From assembly GCF_006345805.1 (NCBI RefSeq), contig NC_043014.1, forward strand, positions 28,210,001 through 28,274,000: a stretch of 64,000 nucleotides of DNA. The letters are read 5' to 3'. Positions 25,040 through 38,683 of the stretch are shown piece by piece (the first letter of the stretch is position 1; each line of letters begins with the position of its first letter). The notes below the pieces were generated by a model. The model was not told where the DNA came from and made no database searches. It saw nothing but the letters and a program-made list of their open reading frames with translations. This stretch comes from Octopus sinensis (lineage: Eukaryota). A program made the translations under genes and the position numbers.

Positions 25040-27140
25040 AATAATAATAATAATTTTCTCCTATAGACACAAGGCCAGAAATTTTTCGGGTGGGGCTAGC
25101 TGATTACATCAACCCCAGTATGCAACTGGTACTTATTTCATGAACTCCAAAAGGATAAAAGGCAAAGTCAACTTCAGTAGAATCTGAACTTGCAATGTGA
25201 AGATGGACGAAATGCCACTGAGCATTTTTTTTGTAGTGCTAATGATTCTGCCAGCTTGCTACCTAAATAATAATAATAACAACGACAATTTTGGTTCTTT
25301 ATGTTCTGAGTTCAAATCCTGCCCCAAAACCAACTTTCTTTTTTATTCTCCCATCCCATCTCCAAGATTGATTCATCCTTTCAGAGTCAGTAACATAAGT
25401 ACCAGTTGTGCACTGGTGTTGATGCATTTGAATATCTCCCTCTAACATTTCAAACCTTGTGCCTATAGTAGAAAGGATTATTATTATTATTATTAAGGTG
25501 GGGACATTAGCATGACAGGCGAAATACTTAGCAGCATTTTGTCTGTCTTTACATTTTGAGTTCAAATTCTGCCTTTCATCCTTTCGGGGTTGATAAAAAC
25601 AAAAAAAAAAATGTACCAGTTGAGAACTGAAGTTGATGTAAATGAGTTACTCCCTTCCCTGAACTTACTGGCCTTGAGCCAAAAATTTGAAACTATTATT
25701 ATTATTATTATACAAAAACTAAGAGAGTAAAGACCTTTTTGGTCATGAATGACCATGGGATTGCACTTAGAAAGTTACCCTCTGAGGTACAAGTCCAAGC
25801 AAGATTGTTTATGAAGACCAGCAGTTGCCCATGCATATCAGCCTCCCCTCTTCATGGCACTGATGTTGTTCAAGGGAAAAGCAAAGGGCACCAGTGACAT
25901 CGCAACTCATTTCTATAGCTGAGTGAACTGGGGCAATGTGAAATGAAGTGTCTCATTCAAAAACACAACACACAGCCCCATCTAGGAATTGAACTCAGTA
26001 CCTCATAATTGGAAGCTCAATGCTTTAACCTCTGAGCAATGCACCATCTTTTCTACAAAAACTATGACATGCTAATTTAATTATCAGGGATATTAACCCG
26101 TAATTTGGTGACAATAAATCTCCTCAAGTTTCAAGAATCTTTTTAAGGATTCTTGTAGAATACAGGATGGCATTTTTCTGCAGGGAACAGTATGTGTCTT
26201 AATTCCAATATCTTTGAGCTGCTTACTGGCAATTTGGAGGTTGTGCCAAGTGGACCACTTACCACAGGAACAATTTTCACCTTTGTGCTTCACTTTTCTG
26301 GCTAGGTCCTAATATTTCTCAATTTTCTTGGTATCTATGTATTACAAAGTCAATGATCTTACACTCCTTTTTTTCTTTTCTGCCCACTGCACTTACATCT
26401 AGTCGCCTTACATCAATAGGATTGAAGGGAAAGTCTCTATGAAGAAATCCTGTAAAATCCTGAATTTATCATTTGCCATAACAGCTTCTTGCTTGTGTTC
26501 ATATCACTTGTCTCTCACTTTGAATCCACAAACTTGGTATTCAGAAAGTGACGACAAGATTATTATGGAAATGTTACCATCAGATTGAGCCTGGTAAAAT
26601 AAGATAGAGAAAATGATTGCATAAAATATGGATAAAGAAAGATATGTTCTCGTCACAGAACTAACTTCTAGATCAGAAAAATTATTATTATTATTAAAGG
26701 TAGTGAGCTGGCAGACTATGCTGAACAAAATGCTTTGCGGTATTTCGCACATCATTACATTCTTGGTTTAAATTCTGCTGAGGTCAACTTTGCCTTTCAT
26801 CCTTTTGGGGTTGATAAAATAAGTACCAGTTGATGTAATTGGCTCATCCCCTCCCCCAAAATTACTGCCTTTGTGGCAAAATTTGAAATCACCATCATTA
26901 TTATTATTATCAAGGTGGCAGTGAGCTGGCAGAATCATTAGCCTGCTGTGATAAATGCTTAGCAGTATTTTGCCTATTGCTTTGTTCTGAGTTCAAATTC
27001 TGCTGAGGTTGACTTTGCCTTTCATCTTTTCAGGGTTGATAAATTAAATGCCAGTGAAACACTGGGGTTGATGTAATTGACTAGCCCCGCTTCCCTCTAA
27101 ATTTCAGGCCTTGTGCCTTTAGTAGAGAGGATTACTATTA

Positions 27141-27183
<43 letters not shown>

Positions 27184-27540
27184 GGCAGCAAGCTGACAAA
27201 ATCGTTAGCATGCCAGGCCAAATGCTTGACTGCGTTTTGTTCATCTTTACATTCTGAGTTCAAATTATACTGAGGTTGACTTTGCCCTCTGTCCTTTCGG
27301 GGGTCGATAAAATAAGTATCAGTGAAACACTGGGGTTGATTTAGTTGACTTGTCTCCTCCTCCTCCCTTGCTTAGCAATATTTCTTTCAGCTCTTAACAT
27401 TCCGAGTTCAAATTCCTTCTGGGTTGACTCTGTCTTTAATCCATTTAGAATCAATAAAATAAGTTCCAGTCAAGTACTGGGGCCAATGCAATTGACTTCT
27501 CCCCTCCCATCAAAATTGCTGGCCTTGTGCCTATAGTAGA
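25040..27540. mobile_element. Dense cluster of family-A SINEs (plus one family-C) immediately upstream of TMEM170 exon 2
   Basis: At least 7 partial copies of the family-A consensus separated by (ATT)n tracts. They are mostly plus-oriented; the 25060-25260 copy is minus. Confidence 0.75.
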
Positions 27541-27620
27541 AAGTATTATTATTATTATTATTATTATTGCTATTATTATTATTATTGCTTTATCCTGATA
27601 TTTACCTGCTATCATTTCAG

Positions 27621-27791
27621 AAATGTGGTATCAAATATTTTTGTGGGCCCTATTCTCATCAGTCTTTGTTCACCTAATAGCTGCCGTCATCGCATTTAGT
27701 CGACTCAGGAAACACAAGCTTGGTCGATGGATTCCCATGCTGATTATCATTATGGGGGTGTTATCTCCCTTGACTGGCGGCATTCTCTCTA
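27621..27791 (+). CDS. TMEM170: TMEM170 exon 2
   Basis: Acceptor tttcAG at 27620 and donor GTAAGT at 27792. It encodes MWYQIFLWALFSSVFVHLIAAVIAFSRLRKHKLGRWIPMLIIIMGVLSPLTGGILS, matching human TMEM170A MWYGVFLWALVSSLFFH...LRHHKYGR...GPITAGILT. Confidence 0.95.
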
Positions 27792-28425
27792 GTAAGTACC
27801 AGTTTTCTCATTTTCATCCCTCTTCTTCATTTCTTCCTTACTCTTCCATTATTTATTTTTTGCATCTTTCCCATCATTCAATTTCTTTTGGTTTTCAGTC
27901 ATTCCTTCTTTTACCTTTATTTTTCTGTTTCCTTCTCTCTCCAGTCTTTTTGGTCCCTTTACATCATATTTCTCACAATATTTCCTTTTCTTTCTTCTTA
28001 CTTTTCCTCTTCCATTTATGTCTTCTTCTCATCTCCCTTCACCGAGTATACATGTTACTGTTTCTGAAGGATCTGCTCTAATCAAGATGTATATTAAAAA
28101 GCTTTCCAGTCATGACCATTCTATCTTTTCAGACAGTAAGGTGTGATATGAAGGATATTTTCTTGCTACTTTTTACATATTGCAGCCTCTATCATTTCCT
28201 GTTGAATGAAGATGTTGATAAAGTATGTGTTTACATGTATGTATGGCTCTGTATGTTTGTTAGCTATTCACAGTGGCTTTCTGCTGCTGGCACCACCAAA
28301 AGTGAACAATATCAATGTTAAAGGCTCAAAATTGTAAGGATCTTTTGGAAGTTGACTGATGAGGAATTAGCTATGAATTTTGTGTTGTGTTTTTGTAAAA
28401 TTTTCCATTTCTTGTGTTTCTGTGA

Positions 28426-28468
<43 letters not shown>

Positions 28469-28471
<3 letters not shown>

Positions 28472-28824
28472 AAGTTAAATGTTATGGCTGGTCATAAAGT
28501 GCCCATTGATTTTGCACCTATAAAGTGCTTAGCAGTATAGGTGCATAAGCTCACCTCTCTCCAACATTACAGTCAGTCAGTTTTGTAAGAAATACATCAC
28601 AATCAGTTAGTTTTGTAAACAAAAAATATTTGTCCATGCTACAGACAGGACAGACAAATATTTTTTGTTTACAAAACTAACTGACCGTGATGTATTTCTT
28701 CTTTCAGTTGTACAGAGGTTATGCACCTTTAGTCATTTGAGTCTGATGAGTCACCTTTACTGTTAAGTGCTTTATAGGTCTGAAACCAAAGGTGACTCTG
28801 ACTGACCATAACATTTACCTTCCT
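28469..28824. repeat. Decayed ~356-bp palindrome with a degenerate hammerhead motif, in TMEM170 intron 2
   Basis: Outer ends aggaagttaaatgttatgg / ccataacatttaccttcct. The inner hairpin at 28587-28700 is nearly perfect. The right arm carries gagt-CTGATGA...GAAACC-aaa-GGT-G-actc (28739-28798). The left end abuts (TA)n. Confidence 0.7.
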
Positions 28825-28890
28825 AAAAATTATATTACTGCTCTATTGCTTTAGAGTGTGCTTCTTTTTCCTATATAGGAACTACTGATG

Positions 28891-28922
<32 letters not shown>

Positions 28923-28980
28923 CTATGTATATTTATTTGCATAATGTAAATGTGACTTTCTCTACTTTTGTACATTGCAG

Positions 28981-29111
28981 GTGCTGCAATTGCAGGTGTG
29001 TATCGTGCAGCGAATTTTGAAATGCGTCCCCTTTATGCTCTCTTCTTTGGTGTTGTGCAGACTGTTGGTGTGATTCTGATTTCATTGACACGATTCCTCA
29101 GCACCTTATGA
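28981..29111 (+). CDS. TMEM170: TMEM170 exon 3 (to stop codon)
   Basis: Acceptor ttgcAG at 28980 in phase 1 (A|GT = Ser). It encodes SAAIAGVYRAANFEMRPLYALFFGVVQTVGVILISLTRFLSTL*, matching human SAAIAGVYRAAGKEM...RILATL*. Confidence 0.95.
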
Positions 29112-32100
29112 TACATGTGGCCATCACTTCTTCAACATATACTTTCTGGGAACACTTTAATGAACGGGTGCTGTTTTTCTCCCCCTCATCATCATCATTA
29201 TCATTATTTAACATCATTATTGTTATGACTACTATCAGAGTAGCAGACTTGGTGCAGACCACAGCATCTAATTCAATACCTCACAGATGGTCTTGGTGCA
29301 GACCATGGCATCTAGTTCAACATCACACATTGCCCACCTGGACTTGGTGCATACCAAATCATCTTGTTCAATGCATTAGGTCTCCCAGGTGGACTTATTA
29401 CAGACTGCAGCAGCTTCTTCAATGTCTCACATCTCAGTTTGTGGTCACTGACTTTGCCTTTCATTCGTCTGGCAGTGAGTTTGACAGAGCAACTGCCATT
29501 AGCAAACTGAAGCCAATGGAAACAGCTATAATACCTTCCTTACAAATTTGGTTCTGTACCTAGAGGAAAGAAATTGTTGTTATTGTTATTATTTATTATT
29601 ATCATTGTCACCATCATAATCATTTTGATTAACACCACTATTGTTTGTAACTGACCTTATTTTTTGCTGTACGCCACCTATTTACTATTTTTTTCCATTT
29701 TGTCTCTGTGAAAAATCAGAGTATTCAAGAGTCAGATTTTGAGATCTAGTACTCAAGGCAGATAACAATCATACTTTTACTAATATAAATAATTATATAT
29801 ATGTACATGTAGACACACATATATACATACATTCATACCTTACACCTTTAAGTAAATATACACACACACACATGTAACATATATATTTATTATACTCACA
29901 CATTCACACGTGTACATATATATTTATATATTTATATACACACACACACACATATAAATATATATATAAATCTTACTTTGCCATCACTTGAAGTGTTAGG
30001 GAATTGTAATTAATGGCATAGGCAATGTGCCTGCTACTGAATTGTTGGGGTCTTTACTCTTTGTCCTCTTAGCTAAATGAATGTCTGACTAGAAAACATC
30101 GAAGCACATCCACACACACACACACACACACACTTGCTGTTCCTCTTGTTTCCACCCACTACCAGAGCCTGAACTATAGAGATATACTTAAGATAACATA
30201 ATAGATATTGCTCTACTTGTGTGTTATCTGAACTTTTATTTATATTAAAATATATCTTTTAGTATTTTCCATTTATAGTGGTGGCTGTCATTGTAGTGCT
30301 CCTATTTAAAAAAACTGTGGGTAATTCTGAATAATTTATTCATTTGGTTACTTCTGTGGGATTCTGGATTGGATGACTTTAGTAGAATGGTAATATTCTG
30401 GAATTAATTTCATCAACTACCAAATCCTCACCTTCTCTAGAAAATTCATCTTTTGCCAATTTGTCTCCCAAAACCCTCTTTTTTTTTATTTTCATTATAC
30501 TACTAATGTATTTTGCATGTGGGGGAAACAGTATTCGCTAGACTACATGGCTAACTATGTCACAGTATTTAGATTTTCTCTACTACCTTCTGATTTCAAA
30601 TCTCAAAGGATTTGATTCTATCTGCCATCCCTTTAGGGATCAAGAAAAGAAGTACTAAACATGTATTGGTTTAGTACTTCTTCAATCAACTATGTTTTAG
30701 TTGTGTACCAATGTGAGAAATTATCATCATCATTATTATTATTATTATTATTGAGCTGGCAAAATTGTTAGCACACAGGTGAAATACATAATGGTATTTT
30801 GTCTGTCTTTATGTTCTGAGTTCAAATTCTGCCAAAGTCGACTTTACCTTTCATTCTTTCAAGGTTGATAAAATAAGTACCAGTTGAACACCGAGGTTGA
30901 TGTAATCTCTTTATCTCCCCCCACAAAATTGTTGGCCTTGTGCCAAAATTTAAAATCACCATTATTATTATTATTATTATAGAAGGGATGAAGATTTTCT
31001 TTGAAAGTTGTTTCTATTGTTTGTCTTACACTCAACAACCAGAAAGATAATTGTCTGTGATATTGAATTAGCAATTTTGATTATGCCCCACCCTTTCATA
31101 TTTACTAAATTTCTTTGCTATGTTTTGGTATGATGTCTTTCTGTAAAGGTAAAGACAAAAAGGAAGGGATAGGGTGCATCAGAATCAAGTAATTATATTG
31201 TAAATATATCTTTGGAAATAATTATTATTTTATGAATTCAGTGATTAATTGATTTGAAAATTTATTTCCATTTCTTTCCCTTCTTTTTTTAAATACTTAT
31301 TATTATTTTTTTTTTGTCTTTCTGAAATGTCTTCTTCCTCCTCTTTCTGTCTCATATCATCATCATCTTCCATAGACTTCACCATTTCTCTCTGCATTAC
31401 TTCATTTATTTGTGGAGAATTATTCCCTCCCACCAGTTAAACCTTTCTACTCAACCTGGAATTTACATATGTGTGTGTGTGTGTATGTGTAGATATATAT
31501 TGATAGCTGATTAGTAAATATTCAAAAGACATAGATAAAGGTTACACACATGCAAGGAAGAGTGGTCACTGATAGGTTGACTTGATCGAGTAGTTCTGTG
31601 AAGGAAAATTCAGAAGTTTGAAAAGTTTTACAGTTATTAAAGATAAATTATTATGATAAGAATGATGGATTGACACTATTGTTAGTGTCAGACCAAATGC
31701 TCTGTGATTATTTCTTCCAGCTCTTTTTACATTCTGAGTTGAAATTCTATCAAGGTCAGCTCTGCCTTTCATCCTTCCAGAGTTAATAAAAGAAAGTACT
31801 AGTAAAGTACTGAAGTATCAACTATACCTCCTCCCTTCAAAGCCGCTGGCCTTGCATCTAAATTAAAGCATTATTATTAAATTGATGGAGAGGTAGTATT
31901 TGGTTGACCTCCTGACAAAATATATATTAGGGTTGGATAAAATGAAGCCCTAGTAGTCTATAGGGTTTTTGAATCAATCATGTGTACTCTTCCTTAGAAC
32001 TGTGTGATCCTGTGACATTGTGAAAAATCATTATTAAGATGAATAGAATGACTTAAGTGGTGGAGCACAGGATGAACGTGTTTTGTGGTATTTAGGTAAG

Positions 32101-32325
32101 GAGCTGGCAGAAACGTTAGCACGCCGGCGAAATGCTTAGCGGTATTTCATCTGCCACTACGTTCTGAGTTCAAATTCCGCCGAGATCGACTTTGCCTTTC
32201 ATCCTTTCGGGGGTTGATTAAATAAGTACCAGTTACGCACTGGGGTCGATATAATCGACTTAATCCGTTTGTCTGTCCTTGTTTGTCCTCTCTGTGTTTA
32301 GCCCCTTGTGGGTAGTAAAGAAATA
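32101..32325 (+). mobile_element. Young full-length family-A SINE with a 14-bp TSD
   Basis: Flanked by ggtatttaggtaag at 32087-32100 and 32326-32339. CpGs are intact. Confidence 0.85.
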
Positions 32326-35300
32326 GGTATTTAGGTAAGTTTATGTTCTTAACCAATAAAATATGCACTTGTGATCTACTAGTGATCTGATATAAGAAAC
32401 CATTATTATGAAGGTGAGACAGAAAATAATGCAACTTTTATTTGCATTATTTTCTGGTTCATCCTTGTGCTATTTACTCTTTCATTCAAGTACTAATATT
32501 GATTTAATCAACAAACCTCTCCCCCAAATTTTTGGCCTATGTTAGAAACATTATTGTCATTATTATTATTTCATTTTAAAGACTTTATGGGAAACATACA
32601 GTGAAAGGTTTGATATTTTAATCAATGAAGTACAGCTGTTATTTGCATTCTCCCCCAAGCACCTGGTTTATATATGCAGTGCTTTCTGTTGGGTTCAAAA
32701 CTAAGACAGCCGTCTGACATAAACAAGGTATATATTTGGCCTTTGAACTCTTGAATACTGCATCTGTAAATGGTGAGTGGCGGCAGTGTAGGTTGTGGTG
32801 TATAAAAATCAAGCTAAAGATAAAAAATTATCAGTTATTAAGAATTATCAAATGCAATTTAACTGTTCTGCTTAATATTACAGCAAACACTTGATAAAGA
32901 GAAAAAAAATGGTTGTCACACACATGTATAGATTTATATACATTCACACTCATACAACTATACATTCCTCATTTCTGGTTGTCATCTACATTGTTATTGT
33001 TATTATTACAGTTTTATATAAACAACCTGGTGAATTATCTCATTTGGATTTGTGTCCATTAATATATCAGAAGAGCCAACAAGCATATTGTTTGTGGAAA
33101 AAGAAAAAAAAACTGATTTAAAAAAAAAAATCAGTGGCTGTTTTTTGCTGTTGTTTGTTGTAGTCAGCTCTGATAGAATAGTCTCTATCACTGGAGTAAC
33201 TAATTAAACATTTAATGACTTTCAAGAACAGATCTCTGTCTTATAGGTTCTTGGTTTTTAAACATACAGTCCACTGTGATGGTATCTGATTGCTAAGCTT
33301 GTCTGGTTGCCAGATAACATTGAACATATTTAATGGAAATCTTTTAGCTTGAATGGCTGTTTTAGCTCTGTCTTCCATGTTTCCTTTATGGTTACTGAAA
33401 ACAAATTTTTGGTTTGATCAAACAAAAATGTCTTTTTCAAATTTAAATCCTGACATGAATGAGCTGGTTCTAGAAATTCACTCTGCATGAATTGTTGAAG
33501 CAAGCACTGTTTTTTTTTTTAAGCAGCTGGATATCCTTCTTTAATCATTCAACTATATAGAGGGAGAGATATCCAATATTTAGCTAGATAACCTAACATA
33601 ATATACTGTGCTTTTGCCAAGGGTCTACTTCACACAGGCATCTCCTTCCCTCTACTTTCACACAATATGTGCGCAGCAGAGTCAAATGTCTTTTAGTTGT
33701 GCTTAATGTGATTTCTAGTATCTTGACACAGTTGGTATAATGAAAAGAAAGTGTAGATACAAAATGGCTTGTGAAATCTATCACAAAGTGTGAGTGACAT
33801 TTAGTTTTGCTAATTATCATATGAACTCCATATCTAAGAACACCCAAGTATATTAGTGCTTTAGTTTCTGTCCAATGGGACAGCAGAACAAAGTCTACTT
33901 TCTTTTTTTATCTTGTTATTATGTACATAATGGTTGTTTAGTTTATGTGGCTGTTGTGCCACCAATCTAGCTGCTGTTATCAATATGTACCAAGTATACA
34001 GTGTGGTCTAATTGTTGGTTGTAAACTGTCCCATGTACTGTTGATGGTATAGTTAAATATTTGGTGTTGAAACTTCTCTGCTATATATTCAGTCTAACTT
34101 TTATGGTAGTGTTAAGAGAAGTCTAATTTAACTCTCTAAAGTAGCTTAGATCTGCTCACACACAGTACCTAGTGGTACCCATTGGTGGTATGTAAGTGAA
34201 ATAGTATTTTAGAAAGCCATAAAATCCCAGTTTGGTCAATGAATGATGTTATTTAAAACCATTTTACCTGGTTTCAAAGTTTATATTTGGAGTCAGTCAT
34301 ATAGAAAAGAGAAGAGAATGTACATGCATTCATTATTCAATTCCGAATTGTAATGTTTGATTTTGTAGTTATAAGTGATATGGTCATCCTTATCACTTTA
34401 TTTATTGGTGATAACTCAAAGGTCAATCTCAAAATAATTTTGTCTTGTATGGCTTATTTGCTACCATATTAGTTTTTCTCAGTGAAGTAGATGAAGCAAC
34501 TTCAATTTGAAGGGAGTTAAAATTAATCTCAAATAATATATTTACAAAAAGTATAACCAAACTGATAATAGACAGTAGTATATTCATAACAATTGTTTTA
34601 GAGTAACTGAGGGGGTGTAGCTTGGAATTTAAGCTTTTTCTTTCGTTTTTTTTTTTTGAAAGAAAAATTCCAGTCATCATTATGTTTAGAATTCTGTTTA
34701 GGAGAGTAAAATGTTAGGGAAGTTGTTAATTTGGTTGTGTGTGTTTTTGCAGGAGTTAACATTTTTGCATATTTTCACATAGTCGTTCCAATCTTCTACC
34801 ATTACTGATATGTTCTGGTGAACCTAATTATGTTACCGTCCAGTCAGTCAGAATAATGAGAAATCCTCTATCTGTAATCCATATTAGAAATTATTCTTGA
34901 TTTAATATTGAGAGACTTCTTGGAAGGAGTTTCTTCATGTTGATCCGTGTATAATTCCATAGCACTGAACTACTCTGCAAATGTAAGAAATAACAGGGAA
35001 TCATTGGTGGATTTCATTTCCTGGAAGGAATGCCATCAACGGTTCTCTACTAATTCCTACATTAACAGAATAATTTCTGACTTAGCATTTGTGCTCTGTT
35101 TTGGTGGCATCCAAATGCAGTTGATCTCTTGAGAGGTGGTAGGTTGTATAACACTATGAAGCCAAGTGTTTGCAATATGGATTAAGTATTTACACTTAAC
35201 ATTATCGAATGACTTTTTTTTTTATATATATAGTCTACAGTAAAATTTTCATACATGTGCAAAAACAAACAAAAATATAACATTAGATGGATCTCTTGTG

Positions 35301-36883
35301 GCTGTTGGTCTGGGCATAGCTGAAACAGACTTTATTCATTTTTTTTTTTTCAAGTGTATTTGTTTTGCAATTATATTTAAAAAAAAAACAATTGGAGGTG
35401 TTCCCATAAAACTAATTCCAGTGTGAAGATGTTTGGCTACTTTGGAACAACTAACTCCCTAAATGATAGAGAGGCATTGTCTATTTTTATCTCTTCTCCA
35501 CTCTTAATTTTTGCCACTGAAGGCGGCAAGCATTGCACAAGCTCTGGGGAAAAATCTACAGAATTTTACTTACAAAAAGCCAAAGAAAATCTACTCTTTC
35601 CGATCCCAATCTTGATATTTGATATTATTTGTTGTCATAGTGATCAGAAACTTGTTTGTTTTTTTTTAAATTTCATATTGTCTTCCTTAAAAGTTTTCAG
35701 CAATTTCAAGCCACCTTATTTGCATTATTTAATTTTTGTATTTATCTTTTTAATACACTTTAGTGTCTTAATCCTGTCTTTTTTTATTAGTTTGTATTTT
35801 TTTTAAATGACAATACTGAAAATTTATTTTTGAAATTTAAAAATTGACAGGAAAAGAAAAAGAAATGCAAAAAAATAATCTTTTAACTTTCTATCTTTTT
35901 CTTCTTTTTTTTTTTTTTGTAATTTTGTTCTCCATTTCTTTCCATCCATCCTTTTTTTGAAATTGTTTTGCCTGAAGAATGAAAGTTGATTAAGAATTGT
36001 AAATAATGTTTAAAGGAAGAAATCATGTCAACAAATACAACAAAACAAAAAGAGTTTGTTTAATCTTCCCTGCTGTTTCCACCATTACTGTCACCATATC
36101 TTTAGTATTCTGAACCAATTTTAGGCCAACTGAATGCTAGATTGTGGCAGATTGGCAGATTCAGAAGAGCATTGGGCAAAATGCTTAACAGTATTAAGTT
36201 GTATCTCTTTACATTCTCAGGTGAAATCTCAGTATAGTTGGCTTTTATTATTTTTTTCATTTGATAAAATAAGTTCTAGTATTGGAAATAGATTTAATCT
36301 ACTCTACCTCCTCCTATCCTCTACAAAATCTCTATCCTTGTGCCTGTGTTAGAAATGAAAAAAATTGTAGAGAGGTTTGAGAACTTGTGTTACTGAATTT
36401 AGTTTTGGTCAATGAGCTTGCAAGTTAAAATTCCATTTGGGCCCATTTTTTTACCATTGTGGTAATCAACAAAATAAGTACCAGTAATATGCTGAAGTGA
36501 AGGCTTCTCATTTCAAGTGATTAAATATTTCCTTTTTATAGAACTCAATCCTTCTATCAATAGATGTTTTGTATTATCAAGATTGAACAGAACTCACAAG
36601 ATGAGATAAATTCTGCAATCAATTTGTCATTATCACAATTTGCTGTTCTTTCTCTTAAAAATCCCTAGTATGTTTATGAAAGAAATAGTTATTTAAAAAT
36701 AAAAGAGATTAAAATGAAGTGTTGTAAAAGTGATTTGCGTCAGTGACATGGTCACTCCTGGTTAAAGTAATTTAACTACATTTAGGCTGGTAATATTCTT
36801 AGGAAAGCACAAATATCACAGCACTCCATTTCCAATTTTCCTAACTTTGATAATCTCACATTGACTTATAGAAAGAAAATGTC

Positions 36884-37180
36884 AGTTCAAATCTTATTGA
36901 GATCAACTTTAATGAAATAAATACCAGATCTTTTAAAATCAAATTTGTGGTCTCGAGCCCTTTTTCTCAACTACCAATATATTAAGTAACAAAGATATTT
37001 AATATCCTTGTTACTAATATATTGGTAGTTGAAAACAATCTAGAATTCCAAACTGAACCTCTTCTTAGATTGATTTAACTGCGTAGAATGCTCGATGAAA
37101 GAACAAATACCAAATTTCCCTTTTCTTATTCTTTGCTAATATTGATATTTCAGGCCTAATTAAGAAATTGTAATTGCATG
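36884..37180. repeat. Local direct duplication, copy 1 (contains a 64-nt hairpin at 36968-37031)
   Basis: Near-identical to 38381-38683. Confidence 0.8.
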
Positions 37181-38380
37181 CTTATTGTTTTAAGTTGTTT
37201 TCAACAGGCAAAGGTTGATTATGAGGAATGTTCTATTTCTGACTCTTGAAGTGACTTAGAGAAAATAATTATTGAATTTTAAGGATAACCATGTTTATAT
37301 TGATTAGTAAGATGGCATTTGATTTGAATAATATATATATACCCTCTCTTTCTCAACACATATACTCTAATATTTTTTGTTAGTCTACATAACCTACTTG
37401 AAGACTTCTATCATCTTACAGTGTTGCTAGAGATCAGGTCATGTTGGTAGAGTCTCCCTGTTTCTAACCTATACTTATGGCCTGAATTTGAACTCAGCAC
37501 TGCAAGCTAATAGATCCCTCATCAATCATAGTGCTATAGATGCTTACAGCAGTGAACTAGGTCATTTGTATTTTGGTCATTGACTCAGTTTAGGGGAGAT
37601 TCTCATCCTCAACATGCGCACTATATAAATATATATTCCTTGCCAACTGTAGAAGGCCTGCTTGCCTAGTAATCAGTTACTGTTCTGGTCTAGTGTTTCT
37701 GTTCAGGGATTAAGATGAGTTGGCTAGAATGGGGAGCTATCTCCAGTGTAGTGCCTATAAAACAGTGCAAGTTAATTTCTCTGTCAACAATGGAAAGATT
37801 GGAACAGAATTCCTCTCAGACTCAGTAGATAACTTATTGCTTTATTTCTCTCAGTGTGTCATATTTTTCTGTCACTAGTTTCTTTATTTTACTTTTCCTG
37901 GTATGGAAAGATTTAAACTCAGCCTACATAATAATGAGACTCTTGTCAGGTATACATTTTCTCTTTTAGCTATAGTGGTAATCTGTAATTCCTTTTACAC
38001 TGTTTATAACTTATTCTAGCCATGGTACAGTGAAGTATTAATATGTTTGCTTGGGAGATAGTGTCTTAGTGTCTTCTGTTTAAGGTGAACTCTCAGCAGC
38101 CTTTGTTGGTTTGTTGTGGCATTAACTATAATGAAGAAGGGTGACCAATGGCAGAATTAGTAAAATGCCTGATAAAATGACTTGTAGTATTTAGTTATAT
38201 TTATGTTCAAAGTTTGAATTCTGTCAAAGTCAATTTTGCCTTTCTTTCTTTTGGAGTTGATAAAATAAAGTACCAGGCAAAGTACTAGGATGATATAATG
38301 TGAATTTTTTTTTGTACTTTTATTATGATGGCAAGATTAGTAGAATTCCCGACAAAATAAGAGTATTTATTTATATCCTG

Positions 38381-38683
38381 AGTTCAAGTCTTATTGAGGT
38401 CAACTTTAATGAAATATAAGATCCTTTAAAATCAAATTTGTGGTCTCGAGCCAATGTTCTCAACTACCAATATATTAAATAACAAAGATATTTGATATCC
38501 TTGTTACTCATATATTGGTAGTTGAAAACAATCTAGAATTCCTGACTGTCCTAACTGAACCTCTTCTTAGATTGATTTAACTGCGTAGAATGCTTGATGA
38601 AAGAACAAATACTGAATTTCCCTTTTCTTATTCTCTGCTAATATTGATATTTCAGGCCTAATTAAGAAATTGTAATTGCATGC
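38381..38683. repeat. Local direct duplication, copy 2 (hairpin at 38461-38524)
   Basis: Near-identical to 36884-37180. Confidence 0.8.

Noticed and set aside
27792-28081. Hydrophobic C-terminal extension of the 152-aa ORF (extra TM helices)
   Set aside because: This is read-through into the pyrimidine-rich intron after the GTAAGT donor. The true continuation is exon 3.
36968-37040. Hammerhead reading of the duplicated hairpin (followed by GAAAAC)
   Set aside because: There is no CUGANGA upstream and no stem I/III complementarity.
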